DNA of 64,000 nucleotides, taken from Fistulifera solaris (lineage: Eukaryota). The position numbers were made by a program, and so were the translations under genes. Below are positions 12,217 through 23,783 of the stretch, piece after piece. The DNA lies in assembly GCA_030295235.1 (NCBI GenBank), contig AP026139.1, positions 248,001 through 312,000 of the forward strand, given 5' to 3'. How positions within the stretch are numbered: the stretch's first letter is position 1; every line of letters begins with the position of its first letter. The notes under the pieces were generated by a model. The model had not been told where the DNA came from, did no database searches, and saw nothing but the letters and a program-made list of their open reading frames with translations.

Positions 12217-12584
12217 GGAAAGAAACATGAGAACCTATACAACCAAGTCATAGAGAACCGAAATGTAATACACATTTTTACTGCTAAATATGCTTAGTTA
12301 TGCTTAGTCTCATTTTTCAAGTCACAGCTACTCCTTTCGACTGAAACGCACTACTGCTTCCGCTCTTTATGTGAAATGTTGCGTTTCCTCTTCATTATGC
12401 TCTCGTGAGGCAGTGTCACCTTTCAGTTCTTTGAAAAGGATATGCCATCGTGACAAACGGCACGTGTCCTAAAACTCTGATGAGAACCTACCTTCACGAA
12501 ACTCATAATTCCCATTTTTGGATAATCAAAGTTCGCTCATTAAATTGTTTTTGAGGTTCTTTTCGTCCTTGAAAAAGCTACACC

Positions 12585-12836
12585 ATGAACATAACGGCAA
12601 AAACGTTCCTTCTCCTGGCAGTGACCACCTCTTCCGCATCGGCGGGACTCCTGTCGTACGGCATTTGTCAATCGGGTTGCAACGGGATGGCCGTGGCGTG
12701 TTATTCATCGGCGGGCTTTGTCTTTGGCACCGTAACCGCCGGTGCCGGAATTCCGGCCGCCATTGTGGGTTGCAACACGGCACTCGGATGTTGCATGGCC
12801 TCGTGTGTCGTGGCGGGACTTTCTCCGGTTCCTTGA
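12585..12836 (+). CDS. Small secreted cysteine-rich protein (YGICQxGC..ACY..AG family, often annotated 'zygote-specific class V'-like)
   Basis: 83 aa: signal peptide followed by GLLSYGICQSGCNGMAVACYSSAGFVFGTVTAGAGIPAAIVGCNTALGCCMASCVVAGLSPVP. Confidence 0.8.
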   Translation: MNITAKTFLLLAVTTSSASAGLLSYGICQSGCNGMAVACYSSAGFVFGTVTAGAGIPAAIVGCNTALGCCMASCVVAGLSPVP

Positions 12837-13250
12837 AAAGAGTCAGAAGTAGATGTAGTAGACATTGTTAATATTTAGATTGCTTTATAAGCTCAAACGC
12901 CTACCAGCTCAAGGTTACACTACCGTACAAGCATAGGGAAACTACGGTTCTTCATCATATCAGCTTTTGGGCGAGCTAATGTACGAAAGTAGGGATGTTA
13001 TTGAGAAGTTCTTTTATATTTGATACTAAGAAAACGACTTGCTACTACTAGAAAAATGGATCACCCTTGTTTCACAAAACGGGAAGAGTCCACAAAACAT
13101 TTTGTTATACCTGTACGACAAAGGTGACACACCCTAGCCTACTACGTAGTAGTACCGAAGCGGACGAAAAGCAAACACAAAAAGCAGAGTAAAGCAAACA
13201 AAACATCATGATTTTATGATCTTCTTTAACTCAACGAAACATATTATAGA

Positions 13251-14690
13251 ATGATAAAAAAGCTTTCGGTCTTTCTGTTATCGACAGTAGCCTGTTTACT
13301 GAGATGCAACCACGCCTTTCTATGTCAATCACCGCATCGATCACCCCAATTATTGACACTACAATCGACCATCGGTCCAGCCATTCAAGTCGCCCAATCC
13401 ACACACGATCTCTTGTCTGTATCATTATGGCTACCGACCGACGACAATTTGCCGTCCCATGTTCGTTCCCAACACGTTCATCACGAGAAACGACAACGAT
13501 GGGCGGCGCAGTGGTTGACGCGGTTCATGGAGTTGCAGCAGTCAAGTAGCGATGAAACAGATGCGTCACTTTATGCGGAAGAAGCTTTCGTGAGGACGGT
13601 TATGGCGGCCGCTCAGCCGTACGATGACACTATTCCTCCCACGCGTAAAGAAACACAAGCTATTCGACAATCGTTAGTGGCTTTGCATACACTGTTGCGA
13701 ACGAACTCTAAGAATGGCGTAGCCGCGGAAAGTAAAATAATACCGAGCATACGTCTGTTAATACAGCGCGCGGAGCAAATAGCTCCATTAATACCGTTGC
13801 AGGAAGCAATTGAAGTCCGATGGGCGGTACGGGGTCTCTTGGCCTCTATGGGCGATCAACTCGCATTACCGCAACTCGAACAACGCGTTTCGCGATTGCC
13901 CTTTGATATACTCCCCTGCGGAGTTGCCGACCTGCAATCCGTCTCCGCCTGGCAACAGGATATTCCCTTTCATTTTGATACCATTGTTACACGTACCGGT
14001 GCCAATGTCCAAGAACGACGCGGCACGGCATGGGTCGCCGAGGAAGGAATCGGGGCGTTGGCGTACAGTGGCAAACTCATGACACCGCATCCTTTGCCGG
14101 CGTCGGTTTTACATGTTATGCGACAGGTCGAACATGCCATGGGTCGAACCGAGGGTTCGTTTTTGATTGTGCCCTGTGCAACTGGTATCCTGATGGAGAA
14201 TCGGCTTGTAAATTTCATACCGATCCGGAGCATGGTGAGTTGAGTGAATGACATGCACCTAGATTGAGATTGAGTGCCATCGCTTCGTCGTATTTTGCTT
14301 TACGTAGCTTCTCACACTTTGGTATGATTATGTACTGCAACAGGTACAATGTGGGATCGTCTGACGTGTGTTGTGGCAGCGGGCGATGCTCGGCGGTTTG
14401 CCTTTCGTCCGATTCAAACCTCTTGGGAAGTTTGGGATTTTAACCAGCACACACGGAGGCCACAAACGAAGGGAGTCAACAATGAACCCGCGGTCATTCG
14501 ACTGTTTCCGGGAGATATCGTACAAATGTACGATAGCTGCAACGATGACTTTCATCATGCGGTTTATCCAGATGCAGACGGTCGCGGCCGTGTCAGTTTG
14601 GTGTTGAAACGGGCTCTGCCGCGTGGCAGTAAAGGTCACCGGGGTCATGGATTGGTCGGGGAAGGACGACGATCGCGTCGGAAGCGCTAG
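13251..14690 (+). CDS. AlkB-like 2OG-Fe(II) dioxygenase, probably organelle-targeted
   Basis: N-terminal signal plus HAF motif; ERRGTAW..AYSGKLMTP; FDCALCNWYPDGESACKFHTDPEHG (HxD); intron about 14235-14343; NDDFHHAVYP..GRVSLVLK. Frameshift at about 14160. Confidence 0.82.
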
Positions 14691-15018
14691 ACTTGGAGAG
14701 TGGCCATTCGCTTCTTTCCTATGTTCGACACCTGTAGTGATGAGTTTTTTTCATTCAGTATCGTGCCTGACGCAGAAGGGGAAGGGTACGTTTGCATCGT
14801 ATTAACCAAATTCTTCGTTGATGATCATCATAGTCATTCATTAATAAAGAAAGATCGGCGTTCACGTAGAGGCGTTTGTGTTTGTTGAATGCTAGCGAGA
14901 CTCAGAAACGCGTCTAAATCCTGAGGAAAACGCAAATATGTTAAGGGGTGTGTACAAGCCACACGCATTCTCACTACTTTCACGACTCATGAAACGGTAA
15001 ACTCTTTATTTCTTTAGA

Positions 15019-17698
15019 CTACACACTCATCTCGTCATTATCATCCTTTATTACCTCATAGGACTCCCATTGGCTAAAATCCATTTTGCCGAGGTCAAAA
15101 TTCTTTCCGACAACCAAAAAGCTCCAATCTTCACCAGAAAAGTGGACATTCTTGGAAACAGCTTTTTCCACCTTACTCCAAAGTGCATTGAAAACCGGTC
15201 GACGGGTGTTGATTTCCTTCTCCCAGTTCGGTCTTTCATCATTCATCACTTCCTTGAACGTTTCTTCAGAGTAAACGAACTTCTCAACAACTTCCTTAAG
15301 GGACTCAAGAATCTTCAAATACTTTCTCTCTAACTCTGTGTCATCGTAAGAGTGGCATTTGGATTCAGTTATGCTCCTTTTCAATGAAGGCGGGACACTG
15401 ACCGGTTTAGACGGAGCAGCTGGTTCGACAACTATTTTCTTCCCGAGTTTCTTCTTTTTTACCTTCAGGAGCCGATCCTGTTACCTTTTTCTTTTTACTT
15501 GATTTTAGTGTCGCTTCCGCTGATAGTTGATTCGTGTCGGCTACATCGTCCTTACGTTGTGCTGAACCGCCGGCTTTCTTTTTCCAATATCTTTCACAGG
15601 TTTGGCTTGAGACGACAACTTTGGCTTCTTTTTCAATTCGCTCGCAGGTGGCGGTACAGCTGGCCTTTTCCTGGGAACATGATCAAGTCCGGTATCTGTC
15701 GGGGGATCGGACGAGCTAGTCTTTTGCGCTTGGGTACCGCTGGTAAAGAAAGAGAGGTCGTTTTTTGTGATTTACCGTCCAAGAACGATATTTGTGCAAC
15801 CGCGGCCTTTCTAGGAATAGTGCCGAAAGCTTTCTCTGCAGTAAGATCGGCCGGTACAGGTACTTTATTTGGTGCTTCAGCGCGGTTCAGATAACTGCCA
15901 TCTCCGATCGGCTGTTCTAAACCAGTCGGGGCTTTATCCATGGAAGAAGATGGCCCGGTAACGGACTTGTCTGTCGTTTTCCTCGTAATATGAAACAATC
16001 CTGGAGGTCCCTGTGAACTAGATAACCGAATTACCGATCGGTCTTGATCAGAGCTACTCGATTTGGGGAAGACAGAGGATGATCCTTTGTGTACTTCACC
16101 AATTGGCGTATCGTTTGGTGGCTGGAGAATCGGCTTTTGCGATAGAGAGCTGGACCTGGGCAATGTGCCGACCGATGCGGATCTCGTAGTTAGCTTTTCT
16201 GGAGGTACCCGCTGGGACGGAAGGCTAGACGTTGGCTCTGTACCGGCAGATGCGGATCTGCCAGTTATCACCAGTGGCTTATTTGAGGGCACCCTCTGTA
16301 ACAGGGGACTAGATTTTGGCACCGTAGCGATAGATGCGGATCTCCCCGTTATCATCTGTTGCTTTTCTGGAGGCGCCTTATGTGTCGAAGCCCCTGTACC
16401 AAAAGATGACGATCTTCCTGAAATCTGCGTCTTCTCCGGGAAACCTTTATGCAAAGGGGCCACCGTGCCGGCAGAAGCGAATTTACCTGCATTGGCCTGC
16501 GTCTTTTCAAGAGGCACTTTAGATGAAGAGGGCATCGTACCGGCAGATGCCGATCGCCCCGTTATCATCTGTGGTTTTTCCGGAGGTATTCTATGTGAAA
16601 GGGGGACCGTACCGGCAGATACAGATCTCCCCGTTATCACATGTGGCTTTTCCGGGGGCACTCTATGTGAAGGAGGCACTGCACCGACCGATGCCGACCT
16701 TCCTAGGTTTTCGGGCACCGGGTAGCGCAAAGACGACTTCCTCCGACTCCGCACAAATCTTCCGCATGTGTCGTACAAAAGACATTAATGACTGGACCAA
16801 TTTGCACGGTTCCTTCGGACCGGCCCGGATGAAAGTACACGCGACGTCGGGACGGCCAAGCCCCCGTGTCATCCTTCTTCCAAATGGCACATCCGACATG
16901 AATCGCCTCGTAACAATGATCGTCTCGCAAATGCTCGTGACGACCCTTAAATTCACTAAATTCGTTGGTCGAATTGGCGGAACATTGGACGGGAATGCGC
17001 AAAACATGCGCCGGTCGATCATCTTTGCCACACAATCGACATTTGAGCTGCTTATGCTCTCGAAGGGTGCGTGTCCACAGATCCTCCTTTTCATGACGAC
17101 GAATTCCCCAATAAGCAAAATGATGAATGGAATTTTTGCCGAGATGCGGAATGTTAAAAGGAAAATTCGGATTCTTTCGTTCCTTCTCTTCCGGATGCGT
17201 GACGCCCTCGTACGAACCCTTCATGGTGCATCCGTACAAACAACCGGACGTTTGATCGTGACTACAGAGCGCAAAGCAACACAAGGAATGCGCCCACGCC
17301 AATCGCTCCGGTCCTTCTTTCGTGGCGGGCAATATTATGTGATATCCGCCGTGATAATCGTACACGGGATGCATCGCGTGTAGAAACTCGGTGCCGTTGT
17401 CGACGCCGCACAGACAACATTCCGTAGGACGTGCGGTGACATTGAATTTCTTCATTTGACCTGTCTTTAAGTCGCGTCCGTGTATTTCCGTGCCGACCGC
17501 CCGACACGCCCAGCATTCGAAATTGCTTTCCTCGGCCTTCTCCAAACCATAACACAACGGATGGATATGTATGTGACAGGTGCGACAACTCCAAAGAGGC
17601 ATTCCGGCGCATTGATTCTTGCCCAAACAAATATCACACCCTTTTGTTATGACATTGTTGCGTCGTGGAGTAGTAGTAGTAGTAGTAGTATTTGACAT
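15019..17698 (-). CDS. PHD / extended-PHD zinc-finger chromatin protein with an internal repeat region
   Basis: CDIC..CRTCHIHIHPLCYG..FECWAC (PHD); CCLC..AWAHSLC..CRLC..VQC..IHVGCA..FCTTH (ePHD). Continues through frameshifts (about 16725, 15660, 15470) into the 381-aa and 121-aa ORFs. Confidence 0.8.
16150..16710 (-). repeat. About 8 degenerate coding tandem repeats (about 69-84 nt)
   Basis: Peptide unit ITGRSASAGTVPxxxRVPPEKPQ; DNA unit such as gtaccggcagatgc..atctccccgttatca recurs. Confidence 0.85.
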
Positions 17699-18749
17699 GT
17701 TGATTGACAAGAAATGAATGGCGTTGAACAATAGCGTACCGAAGAAAATGATATTGCAAAAATATGCAACAAAAAAAGCATTCAGCATTCTCGTGTGTGA
17801 TGTGGACCCGCGCTCCACGCTTCCGATATTGATACCTGTACGACGACTGACTATACGTAGTAATGTGAAGTGTGTTGGTGACTGGTGACGGTGACTATTA
17901 TTTGTTTACTGACCAACACTAAAAAAGTCCCGTAATATTTCTCGAGCTGTTTTTGTTTTCTTCCAAGTATAGTCAAAACTCCACCATATTTTTGATCACG
18001 ATCTGATTGCCAGACCACTATTTCTCAAATTAACCCTGGTAGATTGAACATGGCGTATGTTGCGCTTCTTACGGAGTATTTAGAAAATGGACTCGCCGGT
18101 CCTTTGGTGGGAGCGGAAGAAGGTGGATAGGTTTTTCTAGCGTTTGAATGGTGACGAAGATCTTAATGCAAGTGAAAAGAAAGACAATGATTGTTCTGAT
18201 AGTAGTGACAATGCTTCAAGATGAACCTCAAGTACAAGAAGCAACAAAGGGAATCAAGGAAGCGGGTGGAGTTGATAATGTTGCTTAACAGAGAAGTGGC
18301 TAGATGGGTCTATGGTGATGGATTCTCTTCGGAGAGTCTGACATCGCCCACACGCCCGAACTTCTCTCACTTCTTTATTCTCTTAACTTCACCTACAATC
18401 TCTTTATCAACTCAATCCAATTTCTGTAAAAATAAGATTAAGATGAATGAATCATCATCGAAGTAATTTTTTCGATGCAGAACATATCTGTTGAATCGTG
18501 TCTTTGCGTGCGAAGCGTGGAAAATATCCTTTGTTTTCAGTGAGTACCTATTGCCTTTGCGACTTTTCTTCGGATAACCGTTCTGCCTTTCGTATTATCT
18601 TCTTTGTGTACCTAGTAGGCGTAAGAAAAGGTCTAATTGAAGAATGAATCGATCGAGGTCTCTTTTGGAACGTCCAAGGTGGTCGCATAATAGGTGACAT
18701 GACGAGCGCGCATAATGTTGAGAAATGTCGCGCCACAACGAGCACTGAC

Positions 18750-20181
18750 CTAGCTTCTGTTCCTTTCAAAAACCATCAAACATTCGATGTGTCGAGTTTG
18801 CGGGAATAGATCAAATGGCTGAATATAGGTTGCACCATAGCCTGCTTTCAGTATCCCGGCTGCATCGCGTGCTTGTGTGGTGGGGTCACACGACATGTAC
18901 ACGATCCGCTGGGGAGAAAACGTGTACAGCTGTTCTAAAAACTCTTCACTGCAACCTTTTCTTGGCGGATCTACCACAACAACACTTGTCTCCCGCGGAA
19001 AGTCTTGAATAACCTTAAAAATCCCTTCTGCAGACGCGGAAAGAAACTCGACATTGCTGATACTATTGGCGACAGCGTTCGACGTGGCTTCCTCAATCGC
19101 CAAGTCATTCACTTCAATGCCCACAACACGGTCGAAATGTTTGGCTGCGGAAAGTGCAAACAAGCCGCTTCCACAGTAACAGTCTGCCAAATGAGTCATC
19201 TGATCGCCCTTGATTGCCTGTGCCACGAGCTGTTGCACCATGAGTGGTAGGACGTAATAGTTGTTCTGAAAGAAGTTTCCCGCTCGATACGTAAACTTCA
19301 ACCCATCCACAACAGTTGTTAAAAAGACTTTATGATCGCTCTCGACATAGTCGTCATCTAAATTAGCCTGCCGAAACAGAAGGGTTGCACCTTTTTTCTT
19401 CGTAGAAGGCTCCGACAATAACTTATCGCGTGCGGCTTGATACGCCGCATTTACGGCCGGTGTGGCAATGAGACATTCCGTGACATCAATAATTTGTCGC
19501 GATGTCTGCTTTTGAAAACCAATGGCTTCAACATGTTTCTCGTTATTGACACCTCGCTTGCTTTTTTGCGGGTTGTTGATAGTGAGGTGTCAGCTTGCTG
19601 CGATAGTGCAGCGTTTCATCCGTCCCCAAACAGGGCTGTATTTCGTCATAAGCCACCCCATATTGCTGCAAAGCTTCTTGAACAAGTCGTGTTTTCCATT
19701 CTCTTTGTAAAGGTATGGACATGTGTTGCCATTGACATCCTCCGCAGGCATCCGCAATAGGGCACGGAGGGACGGTCCGCTCGGGACTAGCTTGCAAAAT
19801 TTCCACCAAGTCCGCCTCACTGTAGTTTGGAAAATTCCTAAATATCTTTACTACCACTTTCTCTCCTGGTATAACACCAGGAACCATAATAACCCAAGGT
19901 TTCGTTTCGGAGGAATCGGACGTGTGAGATGAAACGTCAGTTCGACCGATTCCAATTCCGCGATTTGTGAGAGACTCAATCTCGAGCTCAATTTCCTGAT
20001 GATAATGAAACGGAAATGGAACGAAGCGAGCAGGGGACGCGGTGGTATCAGTCGTCGTCGAAAATAGGCACGTTGTTCGGATAGAGTGACGAGCACAGAA
20101 AAGTCTGTTTCCAGAAAAAGCGACGCAGTATTTTAACATAGAAGTGATGATCATCACTTTGCACGCTCTTGATAAGTACAT
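18750..20181 (-). CDS. TRAM-domain RNA (uracil-5)-methyltransferase, TrmA/RlmD family, organelle-targeted
   Basis: IESLTNRGIGIGR..PGEKV (TRAM); CPIADACGGCQWQH; YRSKLTPH; FFQNN; DCYCGSGLF; VDPPRKGC; YMSCDPTTQARD; DLFPQTRHIE. Frameshift near 19550. Confidence 0.92.
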
Positions 20182-20666
20182 TTTAGCTACAGCGGCTCGT
20201 TATCCCAGAACCACTAGCGCCCAGTCAATACAATGTTGGTATTCTCGGGCATCGTCGGCTTGTCGAAGGTGATGGGCGAAAAATTCAAAGTGATGGATGA
20301 TGAGCTGGTAGAGTGCGGGGTAGATGGACAGGCGTCGGCATGTACAGAACAGCCCATAGTTCAGCGCAAAGTAAGGGTGAATGGTCGAGTCCCGGATGAA
20401 CTCTATGTCAAACTCCGACCTCTCATTTATTTCAAGCTGAAAATGCCGAACCTGCTGCACTTATTCTCTATAAATCGAAAATTCAATTTCGAATAATCTT
20501 TGCAAAAAAAATTTAGTAACATTAATCATTCCTTCATGTAGCCATGGAATAAAAACTTCAAAGATGGAAAGCCACCGGGCTGTTCATGCGAACCTTCTTC
20601 CTTGTTCTATCCGAAGGTCGCGACTGAAAAAACAACATCGGTAACTGGTAAAGTGTGAGAAAGAGA

Positions 20667-21880
20667 TTATGCCATCAAAAAGCAGACTGAAACTGTCCTG
20701 GAAGCCCGTGAACTTCGTGTAACGCTTTGCGAGACGCTTCGTGGCATTGTCTGTCGAATTCCGTCTGCACGCCGGAGCGCCCTGTAGCTCGTTTGAATGG
20801 TTGCGCTCGTTTCTCTTGGTCGTTTTATGTGAGATTGAACGAAGTTCGACCACATCCGAACGATCTGATCAGGTCTACAGAAAGGCGAACAATTTCAATT
20901 TCCCCTCGTAACGATTCTGGGGGTGAAATGGCGCTCCTGGTTTTCAAGTCATCGACCGTTCGCAACAATTTTACAGCAATACCTTGAAAGAATGAGTCAA
21001 GGCCTGGGTCGGCGTTCCCCGACAGCCTTCGATCCAGCTCGAGTTGTATTATCTCTACCGATAACAAGTCCAGCATTATTTCATTTGCGCTTCGATGAGA
21101 TTGAGTGAAGGGCCCTAGGATTCCTTCCAAAGAATTCAAAAATGGATTGCCTCCGACCCCCGCTCCCGTACTTTCTTGATGGTGCGCTACACGAGCATTC
21201 AGGAGCTCCAAGTCTTCAAGAGATAATGTACTTGAGCCTGCTGGGATTCGAGAAGCTGCGTATTCAGGAGGCGTTGCTAGCAGACAAAGCGAGTTTTCCC
21301 CAAGAAGCTGATTTTGCAGGGAGAGTAACGACAACCCTTCTGGCATCCTTCCCTGAGAAAATTCTTGCTGCAAACGCTGAGCAGATAGTCCCTGCACTGC
21401 AGCAGCCTGAACAGGGTCCGTAAACCGAGATGGTAACGACTCGAAAAGTAATCTGCGCGGTGGAGGTGGATTAATTTGTGCACCGTGTCTCATTCGCTCT
21501 AAAGCAAGGATGGCTTGACTTGTTAGGAGATGACTGTACTGAGATTGAGCATGGCCTTCGCGATTTTCAGCAATCGTTTTCGCGACATTAATGTACTGCT
21601 CCAGTTTGGTATTTTGCTCCCGAATTAAGTGATTTCGGCTTTCCAAATCTGCCTTCTGCGCCGATAGTGTTTTCATCAATCGATTGCGTCTCCTGTACTT
21701 GATTCTTGAATATATTGCATTCCTTACACGGCGAAAGTGCACCTTTTCGGCGTGGGTTGCTGTCTCAGGCTTGAATGCAGCGGAGTGGTCCTTGAGCTCT
21801 TGCTGGAGATCCTCTAATTTCGCCGAATCATCATCTGTCCTATCATTTGCGTCGATGTCGACTTGTTGCTGTTCGCTCAT
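20667..21880 (-). CDS. bZIP transcription factor
   Basis: Basic region KVHFRRVRNAIYSRIKYRRR followed by heptad leucines (LSAQKADLESRNHLIREQNTKLEQY). The 351-aa ORF ends at 20825 and probably extends to 20667 after a frameshift. Confidence 0.7.
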
Positions 21881-23783
21881 TGTTGCATTCTTCGCCTCTT
21901 ACAACATTGTGATTAAAAGTAAAAACGGAAGCTTAGCCGCACGTTGTGCAAAGCGGCGATGCCCATGTTATTGCCGGCCACCGCCTGTCCGCGCTTTGAC
22001 CAGAACGATAAGGAGGAGAGTGGAGAGTTGAGACCCTTTTCTCGCCCCGTAGATTGTGTCACCAAATTTTTGTAGTTTAGGTCTTGGTGCTATATGTTGT
22101 ACTTTAGTACAGGAAACTATGAAATGTCATTGTTGTAGTCTATACAAAGTGCCAGGTACCTGGTATAGCTCCAAGATTCACCTTATCCGTTTTTCTCTTT
22201 CCGCATTCTGTGCCAGTGCCAGAGCCTCTGACTCTGACGCCCGGTTGCTTCGTATTATAGCTACTGCTAAACGTGCGCCTGTCCAGCTTTGACCCTATGC
22301 CCACCATTTATTTTCTGTTTCTAGAAAGTATAAAAGCAAAAAAACACGAAGACCTAGTTCGTTTCCGAAGCTTTTTACCAGTCAATAAAGGTTAGACGCT
22401 CGACTATGAGCAAAACAGTGGGTTCCTTGGTAATCCAGATTTTAGAGCCAGGGTGAGAAACTGAGAACTTTTAGAGACAGATGACAGATGACAGATATAT
22501 GCCAGATCGCGAAGAACAAAAGAGGTACTCGACACTCGACCCTTTGTTTCTCCGTGTGTGTACCCGTACTTCATACACCTTAGTTCATTGGCTTTGCTGG
22601 ATCTTGTGGCGGAAAGGGTTGTTGTTTAAACGTAGTACAATTAGTACGGTCGACCGTGTGCACGTTCCTTGAGATCTAGATTTGGCGTGGCGCATGCTTT
22701 GCGACAAATATTGTGTTTTGAGACTTAGGAAGCGGCACACAGCACGTAGCCAATGACATAACAAATCATCTAAAATCTAAAATGATTTTGTCTGCAGGTC
22801 TGCAATGCACATCAACCATGTAACAGCGAACAAGGCCAGCAACACAAACACAAACATCGTTCCGACCTCACATTCAAGCTCTTCGACCTTCGACATCAAC
22901 TATCTAGTACTTGTATCTAGTTTAGACGCATTCTCCTCCAGCCTGACAATGGTTAGTGTAGGACTATTTCAGCGTTTCTAATCAGCGTTTCTAAGTCGGA
23001 AAGCGGAGTATTTATTGGCCACGTCTCATTTGTCACTGTTTTTGTCCTATTGTTACCTTTCTCGCCACCGTCCTTGCTTTTCTCACTCGTTTTGACTTTG
23101 TGACTTGCACCATCATACTGGTACTCCTTGGCTTGCACCGATAGTTTTCCAACTTTTGAGGAAGCATCTGAGATAGTTTCCGATACAGGATACAAACAAT
23201 TTAGTGGAGTAGCTAGCAAGTCCCATAGAACACTCGTGTTTGCGTGAAGTTGTTGTTTATCCGATCGTATTCATCTCAAAATTTGATGTTCTTTATGACT
23301 CCACGGACATTTGTTGAGCTTATTCCGTATGAATCGCCATTAGTGAGATCTGTTTCCGGATTTGAGTAAAAATACTTGCAATGCGTTAGAGCTTGTGAAT
23401 ATTATGAACAGCATTCTACCACTTTCTCGACTCAAATTTCTATTCTTGCTGAGGATATGATAAGTCTGACTATTATCGTAATTGCTTTGTAGCTAGACTA
23501 GGTCTCAAGCGAAGCTGTCTTGATGTTTCTTTTCTAAAATTCTTTCGTCAACGTGGGAAAATCAACCCATTTATGGCATTGTCTTTCCGGTTCTCACCGA
23601 TATTATTATGTTCCGCATAATGACATAATGACGTCCGTGCTCGCTCCGGGTCGCTTCGTTCAAGGCTTCGTTATGTTGTCGATAGAAAGTACTCCGTAAT
23701 TCTTTTTCGCAGCAATTCATTCATTCTATCTTTCTTTCGTTCTCGAACCTCCTTGTTTGTATTATTCTTGAGAAAACATCAAC

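Noticed and set aside
16063..17383. Long + strand ORFs (220 and 286 aa)
   Set aside because: Antisense shadows of the PHD-finger gene and its repeats.
20200..20496. Overlapping 86/87-aa ORFs between TrmA and bZIP
   Set aside because: Non-ATG starts, no recognisable domain, and neither strand clearly favoured.
22300..23500. Possible transposon remnant (88-aa ORF 22953-23219, short direct repeats cagcgtttctaa and gacagat)
   Set aside because: No transposase or RT motifs, TIRs or LTRs could be identified.
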